Assembly: GCF_037442345.1 (NCBI RefSeq)
Contig: NZ_JBBIQL010000019.1
Location: 35,724 to 99,723, forward strand
DNA: 64,000 bases
Direction: 5' to 3'
Origin: Rheinheimera sp.
GTDB lineage: Bacteria; Pseudomonadota; Gammaproteobacteria; Enterobacterales; Alteromonadaceae
Shown here: positions 28,516 to 38,318 of the stretch, one piece after another
Layout: every line of letters starts with the position of its first letter
Numbering within the stretch: position 1 is the stretch's first letter
Notes under the pieces: generated by a model
Database searches by the model: none
What the model saw: only the letters and a program-made list of their open reading frames with translations
What the model was told of the DNA's origin: nothing
Position numbers and translations under genes: made by a program

Positions 28516-31385
28516 GGTTCTGTCTCCCTGTTTTTCGTTTGTGGTTGAGCCGCCCGGTAGGGGCTGACCGGCGGCCCCAGATAACTGGGCTTCAGGCCAC
28601 CTGTGTTAATCAGAATACGTTCGAGCACCACACCTGGGTCGACCAGGTAAATTTTCAGTTGATGGGTGCCGGCGTTCGGTACTTTCAGTGTGCTTTTTAC
28701 CAGCCGGATGCCGTCCAGTACGCCCTGCTGCCAGGCCTGATTGCTGCGATCTGTCAGGGTATCCACAAGCACCGGCGTGTTGTTATCCAGCGCGACAGCG
28801 AGGCGCAGGGTGCTGCCGGGCACAAAATCCAGGCTGGGTGCGAGCATCAGCTGCAGTTCAAACTCACCTGAGCGCTGAAAATACAGTGGGTACTGCAGAT
28901 AAGGCGCCTGGTTCAGGCTTTGGTGCCGGTACTCCGGAGCCGTGGTTGCCACCATGGCTCCGCTGCCACGGCCATGGCCAGGCAAGGCCTGCCAAAACGC
29001 GTCCGGCTGCGGCCGCATCGCGGTGCCGCTGGTGCCATCCAGCGCTATATACCCCTCTGTATCCAGATAGCCCTCGCCAGCCGCCTGGGTTTTCACCGCC
29101 TGTACTTTAACCCTGGCCCCACCCCAGCCAATGCCTTTAATATGCACCTCGCCCTGATTCAGCCCTGCGTCTGCTTTATCCCAGTTAATCCTGACCTGAA
29201 TCACTTGCTGCTGCCTGACAGTACCCGAGCTGTGACTGAGCTCTATCCAATCCGATGACGCTTTGGCACTAAAGTCAAACGAGGTTAAACCGCGGTTAAA
29301 TACCTCAATCCGCCTGCTGATTTGGCCGTCCGGATAAAAAGGCGGCAGCGCCAATGGCTGATGGCGGTACTCACTTTCAGGCCAATAATAAGCCGCGCCT
29401 TCAGCCATCACCCCCATGTCAGCCCCCCGGGGGGGATTGCGCTGCAATAAAGCCGGTAACTGATTTTGCGGTGGGTCGTTCCAGTAGTTGTACCCCAAAT
29501 GCGGCTGCGACATCATCTGGTTCCAGCGCCCATCCCCCAGCGCATGGTAGGCCGCCGTCAGCTCTGCATCGCGGGCAAACCAGAAGTGCGCCTGCGCAGC
29601 CCAATCATTGGTGCTGGCACGGCCTTGCTGGCCATGCAGCTGGTTCATGGCCACGGCCCGGTTGATTTCAAACACCGCCTGGCTGGCTTTGAGTGGGTGC
29701 GCCACCAACTGAACATACGCATCCTGATAGGCAGCCCCCAGCTGTGACTGCACCTGATCGGCCAGCTGCACTAACGCAGCGAGCTCGCGGCTGACCCGCT
29801 CCGCTTCGTCATAATGCAGCAGGCTGTAAGTCGCTGGCTCCACCGCTTCAGGTTTGCGCCGGCCATTGTGTTTGGTGTAGCCCTGCAGCAGCTGCGCTAT
29901 GGCCTGTGCCTGGTCCGGGCCAAATTGCTGCGCCGCCCACTGCACTGTCCATTGCTGCAGCTTGTCCGCCGCAAAACGCTCGGGGTTCCAGGCCATGCGC
30001 AGGAAAAAGTCGGTTGGCAATTCCATAGGTTTTAAATCACCAACATTGACTATCCAGATGCGGTCCGCACCATAACGCCAGGCTAAATCCATCTGTTGCC
30101 AGATTTTGCTGATTGGCACCGTATTGATCCAGCGGTACGAGCGTGGCTCGCCGACGTAATCAAAATGATAATAAACCCCGGCGCCTCCTGAGCGGTTGCG
30201 CTCTGCGGCAGTAGGCAGACGGCGGATATTGCCAAAGTTGTCGTCTGCCCACAACAAAGTGACATCCTCCGGCACCCGCATCCCACGCTCGTAGAAGCCC
30301 TGCACTTCTTTGTACAGGGCCCAGACCTGAGGCACCTGCTGCAACTGTTCTGCACCAAAGGTGTCGGCCAGGATCTGGCGTTGATCCGCGACAATCTGCT
30401 CCAGCAGAGCAATGTTTTCGCCCTCTTTCATCGGCTCGTCTTCCTGGCCGCGCATACCCAGAGTAAAAATGCTTTCCAGGTTTTTATGCCGCTGTGCGCC
30501 TTGCTGCCAGAATTTATACAGCTCGTCTTTGTTGGTGGAATACTCCCAGGGCCCCTGGCCATAACGGTTCCATTCTTTGTCGGCCCGCAGCATAGGTTCA
30601 TGATGGCTGTTGCTCATCACGATGCCCATCTCGTCGGCCAGCAATGGGTTTTGCGGGTCATCGTCAGCAAAAGCATTGTTCCACATGGCCGGCCATAAGA
30701 AGTTGGCTTTGAGGCGCTGCAGCAGTTCAAACACATGCAGATAGAATTGATGGTTGTAACCACCAAATTTTTCCTGTACCCAGCCCGTTAACGCCGGCGC
30801 TTCGTCATTCAGGAAAATACCGCGGTATTTCACTTTGGGCGCGTCAAGCACACGGGTACCGGCCCGGACCCACAGCTCGTTTTTTTTCGCCACCGGCACA
30901 TCGGCCCACCAGGCCCAGGGTGACACGCCAATCTGCTCAGCCAGGTCGAACACCGCATAAATAGCGCCGCGTTTATCGTTGCCTGCCAACACCAACGCCT
31001 GCTCTACGCCCGGCAGCGGCTGTTGCACCAGCTCAATCTGGTAACCATCCCAGCGGCCACGCAACGCGCTGAAGTTCAGCTTCCCGCGTTGTTCCAGCTG
31101 ACGCAGCAGGCTGCTTTTGTCCAGACTGCCCATAATCAGCGCCAGCGGAGCCGACGGCCCGGCCCCTGGCGTCAGCTGCACACCAGTGACCTGTTGTATA
31201 TTCAACTGCAGACTTTGCACGGCCCGCAACAGGCCAGGGTGATCCTTGGGATCCACCAGGATCTGCGCCTGCTGTGCCTGGCTAACCAGCAGCATAGCCC
31301 CCGGCTCGCTCTGTTCTGTGATATAACCGGCCGCTGCCAGGCCGCCACTCAGCAGCAGGCACAGGCCAAGGAGCAGGTTTTTCAT
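28512..31385 (-). CDS. GH115 xylan alpha-(4-O-methyl)glucuronidase
   Basis: Signal peptide, YRGIFLNDE, PAMW, SHHEPMLR, WADDNFG, YYHFDYVG; ATG at 31385 overlaps the GH43 stop. Confidence 0.88.
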   Translation of the reverse strand: MKNLLLGLCLLLSGGLAAAGYITEQSEPGAMLLVSQAQQAQILVDPKDHPGLLRAVQSLQLNIQQVTGVQLTPGAGPSAPLALIMGSLDKSSLLRQLEQRGKLNFSALRGRWDGYQIELVQQPLPGVEQALVLAGNDKRGAIYAVFDLAEQIGVSPWAWWADVPVAKKNELWVRAGTRVLDAPKVKYRGIFLNDEAPALTGWVQEKFGGYNHQFYLHVFELLQRLKANFLWPAMWNNAFADDDPQNPLLADEMGIVMSNSHHEPMLRADKEWNRYGQGPWEYSTNKDELYKFWQQGAQRHKNLESIFTLGMRGQEDEPMKEGENIALLEQIVADQRQILADTFGAEQLQQVPQVWALYKEVQGFYERGMRVPEDVTLLWADDNFGNIRRLPTAAERNRSGGAGVYYHFDYVGEPRSYRWINTVPISKIWQQMDLAWRYGADRIWIVNVGDLKPMELPTDFFLRMAWNPERFAADKLQQWTVQWAAQQFGPDQAQAIAQLLQGYTKHNGRRKPEAVEPATYSLLHYDEAERVSRELAALVQLADQVQSQLGAAYQDAYVQLVAHPLKASQAVFEINRAVAMNQLHGQQGRASTNDWAAQAHFWFARDAELTAAYHALGDGRWNQMMSQPHLGYNYWNDPPQNQLPALLQRNPPRGADMGVMAEGAAYYWPESEYRHQPLALPPFYPDGQISRRIEVFNRGLTSFDFSAKASSDWIELSHSSGTVRQQQVIQVRINWDKADAGLNQGEVHIKGIGWGGARVKVQAVKTQAAGEGYLDTEGYIALDGTSGTAMRPQPDAFWQALPGHGRGSGAMVATTAPEYRHQSLNQAPYLQYPLYFQRSGEFELQLMLAPSLDFVPGSTLRLAVALDNNTPVLVDTLTDRSNQAWQQGVLDGIRLVKSTLKVPNAGTHQLKIYLVDPGVVLERILINTGGLKPSYLGPPVSPYRAAQPQTKNRETEP

Positions 31386-33052
31386 GGCGTCTGCTCCAGC
31401 CGGCTGTAAAGCCCAAGGGTGGTGCCCACAAAACCGCCAGCCACCTGAGTGCTTAACAGGGTGCCATCCTGCACCGGCCCCAGTGGCTGCCAGTCCTGGC
31501 CTGGCAGCCGGTAATAAAACCACAGCCTGGCCCCGGCTCCTGCAACTTTAAACTGCAGTCCGGTGATCTGGCCCGCCAATTCTTGCGAACTAAGCACTTT
31601 CGCTTTGGCCCCTTTGGCCTGTTCTAAAAAAAGTTCTGTCCCTGTGCCGTTCCGGCGTGCTCCCAGATAGTAGTGGTACAACTCACTTTGCAGCAGCACC
31701 AGCCCGGCCGAACGGCCTGCGCCAGGCAAACTGAACCCGGTACTGGCATTGAAATTTATGTGCTGCAGTCTGCGGCCTATAAAAGCCGGTTGCCCCTGGC
31801 CTTCCAGCCGGTCGGCCTTGGCCTGCAGGGCCAGAACCCCCTCCTTAAGCTGCAACCAGGACAGATCAAACTGGCGTAACCAATGCCAGTTCAGATCCAG
31901 ACGGGTGGCTGAAAACTCATCCCGCCACTGCAGATTGCCAGTTTGGGGCACGGCAACAGGCTGAGGTTTCAGGCTGACAGGGCCTGCCAGCTGATAGGGG
32001 ATACTCTGACCTTTGGGCAGTATCTGCGGCCAGCCATCCTGCCAGTGCACCGGCAGTAAATAGGTCTCGCGGCCCAGATTGGAAAGGCGTTGCTGATAGG
32101 TGCGGGTGGCTAAAAAGACGGCCCACCAGCTGCCATCGTCCAGCTGAATAAAATCGGCATGGCCTGCGGTGGTAATGGGGTCCGGTCTGTCCGGGGCTAA
32201 ATCACGTTGGGTTAAAATTGGGTTTTGGCTTGCAGGGACAAAAGGCTCAGACAGGCTGCGCGAGCGGAAAATGACCGCAGAATGCTGGTCGGCCGTGCCG
32301 CCTTCGGCACAGAGCAGATAGTACCAGCCATTGTGTTTATACAAATGCGGGCCTTCAATCCAAATCGGTTTCTGGCGGATATCGACACCACCATTGACCA
32401 ACAGACGTTTCGACTCTGGTTTTACCTTTTTGGCCACAGGGTCAAATTCCCACAACCAGATAGCTCTGTGCCCTTCGTACAAAGGTTCACCCGGCGGCGC
32501 GTCATTGTGACTGATGTAGACCTTGCCATCCTCGTCAAAGAATAAATCCGGGTCTATGCCGCCCACCTCCGGCAACCAGATCGGATCCGACCAGGGCCCG
32601 GCCGGATCGGTCGCTGTCAGAATAAAATTCCCCCCCTGATCCACCACAGTGGTAATGAGGTAAAAAGTGCCGTTATGGTAACGCAGGGTTGGCGCAAAAA
32701 TACCACGCGACAGCCCTGCACCGGCAAATTCAAACTGACCGGGTCTGGTCAGCGCATGGCCAATCAGTTGCCAGTTCACCAGGTCTTTACTGTGCAAAAT
32801 GGGTAAACCCGGCAAGTAGCTGAAAGACGAATTCACCAGATAAAAATCATCACCTTTGCGGGTAATGCTGGGGTCGGGGAAAAAACCGGCCAACACAGGG
32901 TTACGGTAGTGCCCCGCCTGCAAAGGTTGGGCAAACACGTCATCCTCGCCCTGGTACTGAAACCAGTCAAAACGGGCGCTGTTGGTTTCGTCAGCCCACA
33001 CGGCCTGAAAAACCGTGCAAAGCACAGCGCATAACGGCCACAGATGTCGCAT
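31382..33052 (-). CDS. Secreted GH43 beta-xylosidase/arabinofuranosidase with C-terminal beta-sandwich
   Basis: Signal peptide, NPVLAGFFPDPSI, GGIDPDLF, WIEGPHLYK, AGHAD. Confidence 0.9.
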   Translation of the reverse strand: MRHLWPLCAVLCTVFQAVWADETNSARFDWFQYQGEDDVFAQPLQAGHYRNPVLAGFFPDPSITRKGDDFYLVNSSFSYLPGLPILHSKDLVNWQLIGHALTRPGQFEFAGAGLSRGIFAPTLRYHNGTFYLITTVVDQGGNFILTATDPAGPWSDPIWLPEVGGIDPDLFFDEDGKVYISHNDAPPGEPLYEGHRAIWLWEFDPVAKKVKPESKRLLVNGGVDIRQKPIWIEGPHLYKHNGWYYLLCAEGGTADQHSAVIFRSRSLSEPFVPASQNPILTQRDLAPDRPDPITTAGHADFIQLDDGSWWAVFLATRTYQQRLSNLGRETYLLPVHWQDGWPQILPKGQSIPYQLAGPVSLKPQPVAVPQTGNLQWRDEFSATRLDLNWHWLRQFDLSWLQLKEGVLALQAKADRLEGQGQPAFIGRRLQHINFNASTGFSLPGAGRSAGLVLLQSELYHYYLGARRNGTGTELFLEQAKGAKAKVLSSQELAGQITGLQFKVAGAGARLWFYYRLPGQDWQPLGPVQDGTLLSTQVAGGFVGTTLGLYSRLEQTP

Positions 33053-33161
33053 TGGATCCCCTGTTGTCTTGTTTGCTTTTAGTGGATTAAAAAGAAAAAT
33101 CCCCAGCAAGACAATGGGTTGAGACTTATGAAAACTGGGGGACTCTGTGCGTTTTTTGGCA

Positions 33162-33259
33162 TATCCCCGTCGCCCCTGAAGCTGCAGCTTTGTTGACTGC
33201 GCCCTTTCGCCCCAGTCACACAGGTTACCTATACTCCTGCGGCCTCACTGGCTTGGGTA
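33162..33259. repeat. ERIC/IRU-like miniature repeat, shortened copy (about 98 bp)
   Basis: ...CTGAAGCTGCAGCTTTGTTGACTGCGCCCT..CCCCAGTCAC...TTGGGTA; aligns with the copy at 36222 and with the remembered ERIC consensus. Confidence 0.7.
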
Positions 33260-33317
33260 CAAAGGCCAAAAACCACCCCGCCTGGCTGGCCGGGGTGGTG
33301 TGGGGAAGGCGTCTGAC

Positions 33318-34514
33318 TTATTCGTTGACAGCCATCGCATTGACCGCAGCACCCTGACCTTCGCGGAACTCTTTGGGTGTCTGACCGAAGTGGCGTTTAA
33401 ACACGGCATACATATATTGCAGTGACGGATAACCACAGATATTGGCAATTTCAGTCGGGCTGACCTGAGTTTCCAGCAGCATTTTACAGGCCCGGGTCAG
33501 TTTTTGGTTGTGCAGCTCCGTATGAATAGAGTGGCCACGCTCGGCACGGAAACGCTGCTCCAGATTGGAGCGGGAAATACCGACATAGTCCGTCACCTGC
33601 TCCACTTTGACTCCCCGGCTGGCGTTGCGGCGAATGTAATGCATGGCCTGGATCACATAAGGATCACGCAGCGCTTTGTAGTCGGTGGACTGGCGGGACG
33701 CGACACCGACAGGGGCCACCAGGGTGCGCTTTTTGCCGACATCTATATTGTTCAGCTGGGTATGCAGCAGCTTGGCCGCCTGATAACCCATTTCAAAACA
33801 GCCCTGAGTGACTGAACTTAAACTGATGCGGCTTAAGAAACGGGCTATGTCGTCATCATCAATGCCGATAATAGACACCTGATCCGGCACAATAATGCCC
33901 AGATGCTCACAGGCCTGCAGCAAATGCCGGGCTCTGGAGTCAGTCACCGCTATAATGCCGACTGGCTTGGGCAGGCTTTGTACCCAGTCGGTCAACCTGT
34001 TCATCGCGTATTGCCAGGTTTCAGGCCGGGTGCAGTGGCCCTGATAAATCTGGCAGTCAAAACCATCCTGAGCTGTCAGTTTCCGCACGGCGTTTTCCCG
34101 CTCTCGGGCCCAGCGGTGGTTGTCGTCTACCGGCACCGAATAAAAGGCAAAGCTGTCCAGCCCCTTGCGTTTTAAATGCTCATAAGCAGCTTCGACCAGC
34201 GCAAAATTATTGGTCGCCACATAAGGCACAGCCGGGTAATCCTCCGCATTGGCATAAGAGCCGCCTACGCCGACCACAGGTTTATTCCAGAGCGCCAGCG
34301 CCTGCTGAATATTGATATCGTCAAAGTCGGCAATAATACCGTCACCGCCCCATTCGTGGATGTGTTCCAGCCGGCAGGAAAAATCTTCTTCCAGATAGAT
34401 ATCCCAGTCGACTTTGGAGGATTGCAGATAGTGGCCTATGCCTTCAATCACCTGACGGTCATAGACTTTATTGGCGTTAAACAGCAGTGTGATGCTGTGT
34501 TTGGCTTTGAACAT
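33318..34514 (-). CDS. xylR: Xylose regulator XylR (periplasmic-binding-protein-like domain plus AraC HTH)
   Basis: MFKAKHSITLLFNANKVYDRQVIEGIG N-terminus, YVATNN, C-terminal GYPSLQYMYAVFK; divergent from xylB. Confidence 0.95.
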   Translation of the reverse strand: MFKAKHSITLLFNANKVYDRQVIEGIGHYLQSSKVDWDIYLEEDFSCRLEHIHEWGGDGIIADFDDINIQQALALWNKPVVGVGGSYANAEDYPAVPYVATNNFALVEAAYEHLKRKGLDSFAFYSVPVDDNHRWARERENAVRKLTAQDGFDCQIYQGHCTRPETWQYAMNRLTDWVQSLPKPVGIIAVTDSRARHLLQACEHLGIIVPDQVSIIGIDDDDIARFLSRISLSSVTQGCFEMGYQAAKLLHTQLNNIDVGKKRTLVAPVGVASRQSTDYKALRDPYVIQAMHYIRRNASRGVKVEQVTDYVGISRSNLEQRFRAERGHSIHTELHNQKLTRACKMLLETQVSPTEIANICGYPSLQYMYAVFKRHFGQTPKEFREGQGAAVNAMAVNE

Positions 34515-34657
34515 GATTTCACCATTGTTGTTTTTTTAGTTTTGGTGTAGCGACTACCAGAAATAGCTTCGCCCCTGTCGTCCAAAGCCACCTCTCTGAT
34601 GCACCAACTTGTATCAAATCTGTTCAATCTTAGATCGGTTCCCTGCTTTTCTGAAAC

Positions 34658-34699
34658 GAAAAAACATAATTCAGCACAGAAAAGTGAATTTTCATAATT
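34658..34699 (+). promoter_or_regulatory. Putative XylR binding site upstream of xylB
   Basis: GAAAAAACATAATT at 34658 and GAATTTTCATAATT at 34686; the first 14-mer recurs exactly before xylA. Confidence 0.65.
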
Positions 34700-34763
34700 G
34701 CCGCTTCATCACTCTGTCACCAAGGATGAATCCACAATTCGGCCGCAACACAGAAGGCATCCC

Positions 34764-36221
34764 ATGAGTTATTTAGGCATAGATTTAGGCACATCCGGCA
34801 TTAAAGTGATAGTGCTCAACGAACAAGGTAAAGTCACCGACAGCGCCAGCGCTGAGTTGCAGGTCAGCCGGCCACAACCGCTCTGGTCTGAGCAAAACCC
34901 GGAACACTGGTGGCTTGCACTGCAAAAATGCCTGGACGAACTGGCAACCAAACAGTGCCTGGCCGATGTCAAAGCTATAGGTCTGGCCGGCCAGATGCAT
35001 GGCGCCACCTTGCTGGACCCTGAAGGTCAGCCGATACGCCCGGCCATTCTGTGGAACGATGGACGATCCTTCACCCAGTGCCAGCAAATGGAAAACGAAA
35101 TTTCGCAATTGCATGCACTGACCGGTAATTTAGCAATGCCGGGGTTTACCGCGCCAAAACTGCTGTGGCTGCACCAGAATGAACCAGAGCAGTTTGCCCG
35201 GGTGGCAATGGTGCTCTTGCCCAAAGACTATTTACGTTATTGCCTGTCGGGCCATTACGCGTCAGATATGTCGGACTCTGCCGGCACCTTATGGCTGGAC
35301 GTCGGCAAACGCGACTGGAGTGATGAACTGCTACAAGCCTGTGGCCTGAACCGCTCGCAGATGCCCGCTTTATTTGAAGGCAACCAGATCACCGGCCAGC
35401 TAAAGGCCGAGCTGGCCAGCCGCTGGGGTATGCCGCAGGTGCCACTGGTGGCCGGTGGAGGCGATAATGCCGCCGGTGCGGTAGGGGCGGGTTTAGTCCG
35501 GCCCGGTCAGGCCATGTTGTCACTGGGTACGTCAGGGGTGTATTTTGCCGTCTGTGACGGCTTTAAAGCCAATCCGCAGTCTGCTGTGCATGCTTTTTGC
35601 CATGCGTTGCCTGACAGCTGGCATTTAATGGCTGTTACCTTAAGTGCCGCCAGCTGCCTGCAGTGGTACGCCGAACAGATTGTAAAAACCCCGGTCGCCG
35701 ACTTGCTGCAGCAGCTGGAACAAGGGCCAGATCCAATCACGGATGCCCCCCTGTTTTTACCTTATCTGTCGGGCGAACGCACGCCACACAATAACCCCAA
35801 TGCCCAAGGGCTCTGGTTTGGCCTCACCCATAACACCGACCAACGCGCCATGACCTATGCGGTACTGGAAGGTGTCAGCTTTGCCCTGGCACAAGGGGCC
35901 GATGCGCTGCACGATTCTGGCCTGGTGCCGGACGAAATCAACCTGATTGGCGGCGGTGCCCGCAGTCCGTACTGGCGACAGTTACTGGCCGATGTGCTGA
36001 ATAAAACCCTGACCTTCCGCGAAAGTGGCGAAGTAGGCCCAGCTTTGGGCGCTGCCCGGCTGGCGCAGCTGGCGATGAACCCGGACCAGCCGTTGGCGGC
36101 TATCTGCCCACCTCCGCCAGTCGTCAGTACGCATCAGCCAGACGCACAGCGCCATGCTCTGCTTACCAGCCGCTACCAGCGTTTTATGGCGTTGTATCAC
36201 GCAGTTTCGCCGCTGTTTTAA
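34764..36221 (+). CDS. xylB: Xylulokinase
   Basis: GIDLGTSG, GQMHG, ILWNDGR, PGFTAPKL, GGGDNAAGA, PYLSGERTPH. Confidence 0.95.
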   Translation: MSYLGIDLGTSGIKVIVLNEQGKVTDSASAELQVSRPQPLWSEQNPEHWWLALQKCLDELATKQCLADVKAIGLAGQMHGATLLDPEGQPIRPAILWNDGRSFTQCQQMENEISQLHALTGNLAMPGFTAPKLLWLHQNEPEQFARVAMVLLPKDYLRYCLSGHYASDMSDSAGTLWLDVGKRDWSDELLQACGLNRSQMPALFEGNQITGQLKAELASRWGMPQVPLVAGGGDNAAGAVGAGLVRPGQAMLSLGTSGVYFAVCDGFKANPQSAVHAFCHALPDSWHLMAVTLSAASCLQWYAEQIVKTPVADLLQQLEQGPDPITDAPLFLPYLSGERTPHNNPNAQGLWFGLTHNTDQRAMTYAVLEGVSFALAQGADALHDSGLVPDEINLIGGGARSPYWRQLLADVLNKTLTFRESGEVGPALGAARLAQLAMNPDQPLAAICPPPPVVSTHQPDAQRHALLTSRYQRFMALYHAVSPLF

Positions 36222-36344
36222 TAGCCGCCAGACTTGAAGCTGCAGCTGTGTTGACTGCGCCCTCACACCCCAGTCACCTAGTGTCACTATGCTGCTGGGG
36301 TCTGACGGGCCTGTCGCCTCCCTGTCATTTCAATGACCTGGGTA
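36222..36344. repeat. ERIC/IRU-like miniature repeat (about 123 bp) between xylB and xylA
   Basis: TAGCCGCCAGACTTGAAGCTGCAGCTGTGTTGACTGCGCCCTCACACCCCAGTCAC...GCTGGGG...GTCGCCT...CTGGGTA; internal inverted repeats. Confidence 0.8.
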
Positions 36345-36395
36345 GTACCTGAGTGCAGACTTTTGCCCCCTTAAGCAAAAGCACAAACTGGCTCT

Positions 36396-36410
36396 GAAAA
36401 AACATAATTG
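36396..36410 (+). promoter_or_regulatory. Putative XylR binding site upstream of xylA
   Basis: GAAAAAACATAATTG, identical core to the site at 34658. Confidence 0.65.
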
Positions 36411-36480
36411 TCCGGAGCCGCAACCCTACCCACACTAACGCCATTGTCTTTATCACAAGCCGTAGTAACAGGAGAGCAGC

Positions 36481-37800
36481 GTGGCTCAGTATTTCGATCA
36501 ACTTCAGAAAATTGCCTTTGAAGGGGCGCAAAGCAGCAACCCTCTGGCGTTTAAACATTACAATGCCAGCGAAAAAGTGCTGGGTAAAACCATGGCTGAA
36601 CATTTACGGATGGCTGCCTGCTACTGGCATAACTTCTGCTGGAACGGCCAGGATGTGTTTGGTCAGGGCACCTTTGGCCGTCCCTGGCTGGAAGCCGGAG
36701 ACCCAATGGAAATGGCCAAATTCAAAGCCGACGTGGCCTTTGAGTTTTTCAGCAAACTGACCATTCCTTATTACTGTTTTCACGACGTGGATGTGGCACC
36801 GGAAGGCCGTACCATTCAGGAATACGTGAATAACTTCGCCGCCATGGTCGATGTCCTGGAGCAAAAACAAGCCGAAACCGGTGTGAAACTGCTGTGGGGC
36901 ACCGCCAACCTGTTCTCTAACCCGCGTTATGCCGCAGGCGGCGCCAGCAACCCGAATCCGGAAGTGTTCAGCTATGGCGCCACGCAAGTGTTTCATGCAA
37001 TGAACGCCACCAAACGTTTGGGCGGTGAGAATTATGTGCTCTGGGGTGGCCGTGAAGGTTATGAAACCCTGCTGAACACGGACCTGCGCCATGAGCGTGA
37101 GCAGTTAGGCCGCTTTATGCAAATGGTGGTAGAGCACAAACATAAAATTGGCTTTACCGGCACCTTGTTAATTGAGCCGAAGCCGCAGGAACCAACCAAA
37201 CACCAGTACGATTATGACTCGGCCACTGTGTATGGCTTTTTGAAGCAATACGGCCTGGAAAAAGAGTTTAAGGTCAATATCGAAGCCAACCACGCCACAC
37301 TGGCCGGTCATTCGTTCCACCATGAAGTAGCCACCGCCATTTCGCTGGATATTTTCGGCAGCATTGACGCCAACCGCGGTGATGCACAAAACGGCTGGGA
37401 CACCGACCAGTTTCCGAACAGTGTGGAAGAACTGAGCCTGGTGATGTACGAAATTCTCAAAGCCGGTGGTTTCAGCACGGGCGGTTTTAACTTCGACGCC
37501 AAACTGCGCCGCCAGAGCGTGGACCGTTACGATTTATTCCATGGCCATATCGGTGGTATGGATCATCTGGCGCTGGCGCTGAAAAAAGCCGCCGCCCTGG
37601 TGGAAAATGACTTTTTAGCCACTGCCAAACAGCAGCGTTACGCCGGTTGGAATGCAGATTTAGGCCAAAGCATTCTGGCTGGCAAGCAATCACTGGAAAG
37701 CCTGGCTGCGCTGACCCAACAGCAGCAACTGGATCCGAAGCCCGTCAGTGGCCGTCAGGAATTGCTGGAAAACCAGGTCAACCTGGTGCTGTTCAGCTAA
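36481..37800 (+). CDS. xylA: Xylose isomerase (class II)
   Basis: [39 protein letters not shown]. Confidence 0.97.
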   Translation: MAQYFDQLQKIAFEGAQSSNPLAFKHYNASEKVLGKTMAEHLRMAACYWHNFCWNGQDVFGQGTFGRPWLEAGDPMEMAKFKADVAFEFFSKLTIPYYCFHDVDVAPEGRTIQEYVNNFAAMVDVLEQKQAETGVKLLWGTANLFSNPRYAAGGASNPNPEVFSYGATQVFHAMNATKRLGGENYVLWGGREGYETLLNTDLRHEREQLGRFMQMVVEHKHKIGFTGTLLIEPKPQEPTKHQYDYDSATVYGFLKQYGLEKEFKVNIEANHATLAGHSFHHEVATAISLDIFGSIDANRGDAQNGWDTDQFPNSVEELSLVMYEILKAGGFSTGGFNFDAKLRRQSVDRYDLFHGHIGGMDHLALALKKAAALVENDFLATAKQQRYAGWNADLGQSILAGKQSLESLAALTQQQQLDPKPVSGRQELLENQVNLVLFS

Positions 37801-37840
37801 ACCGAACCCTTGTCCTGTAATGTTCGTAGAGGTACGTATT

Positions 37841-37864
37841 GCCCGGCTTTTGCCGGGCTTTTTT
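37841..37864 (+). terminator. Rho-independent terminator after xylA
   Basis: GCCCGGC-TTTT-GCCGGGC followed by TTTTTT. Confidence 0.8.
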
Positions 37865-37887
37865 ATGGGTGGCCTTATGCAAGGCAG

Positions 37888-38100
37888 CTACTGCTGCAAG
37901 GCTTCCTGACGCAACTTTTCGTAGTCTTCGTAGCTCATGCCCTGATTTTTCATGCAGTCCTGATACTGGGCCGGAGGTGCCTTACGGCATTCCTCTTCAT
38001 GATTTCTTTGCAGATTCTCATAACCAGTTTTATTGGGGTTATACGAGCCGCAACCGGCAACCCAGCACAGAACCATGACCAGCCACATGTTCTTCATCAC
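37888..38100 (-). CDS. Small hypothetical lipoprotein
   Basis: Lipobox WVAGC after a hydrophobic leader; two further Cys (EEECRK...YQDCMK); GGAG RBS upstream. Confidence 0.65.
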   Translation of the reverse strand: MMKNMWLVMVLCWVAGCGSYNPNKTGYENLQRNHEEECRKAPPAQYQDCMKNQGMSYEDYEKLRQEALQQ

Positions 38101-38143
38101 AAAACTCCTTTTTATCGCCGAAAATCAAGGGTACAGCGGAGTA

Positions 38144-38270
38144 TATACCGAAGAAACATGAAGTTGCAGGGCGGCGACACGTCGCGGCCCCCCAGGAGCA
38201 TCGCCAGCCTGGCTGACTGGGGCAAGATGGCGAAGGCCGCAAAGCTGCAGCCTCAAGTACAATGGCTCTC
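38144..38270. repeat. ERIC/IRU-like miniature repeat, full length (127 bp), opposite orientation
   Basis: TATACC...AGTTGCAGGGCGGCG...CCCCCAGGAGC...TGACTGGGG...GCTGCAGCCTCAAGTA; reverse complement of the 36222 copy type. Confidence 0.78.
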
Positions 38271-38318
38271 TCAAGGGGCTAACAATACCAGTCTGGTTCA
38301 GACCAATTGCAGCGGCTC

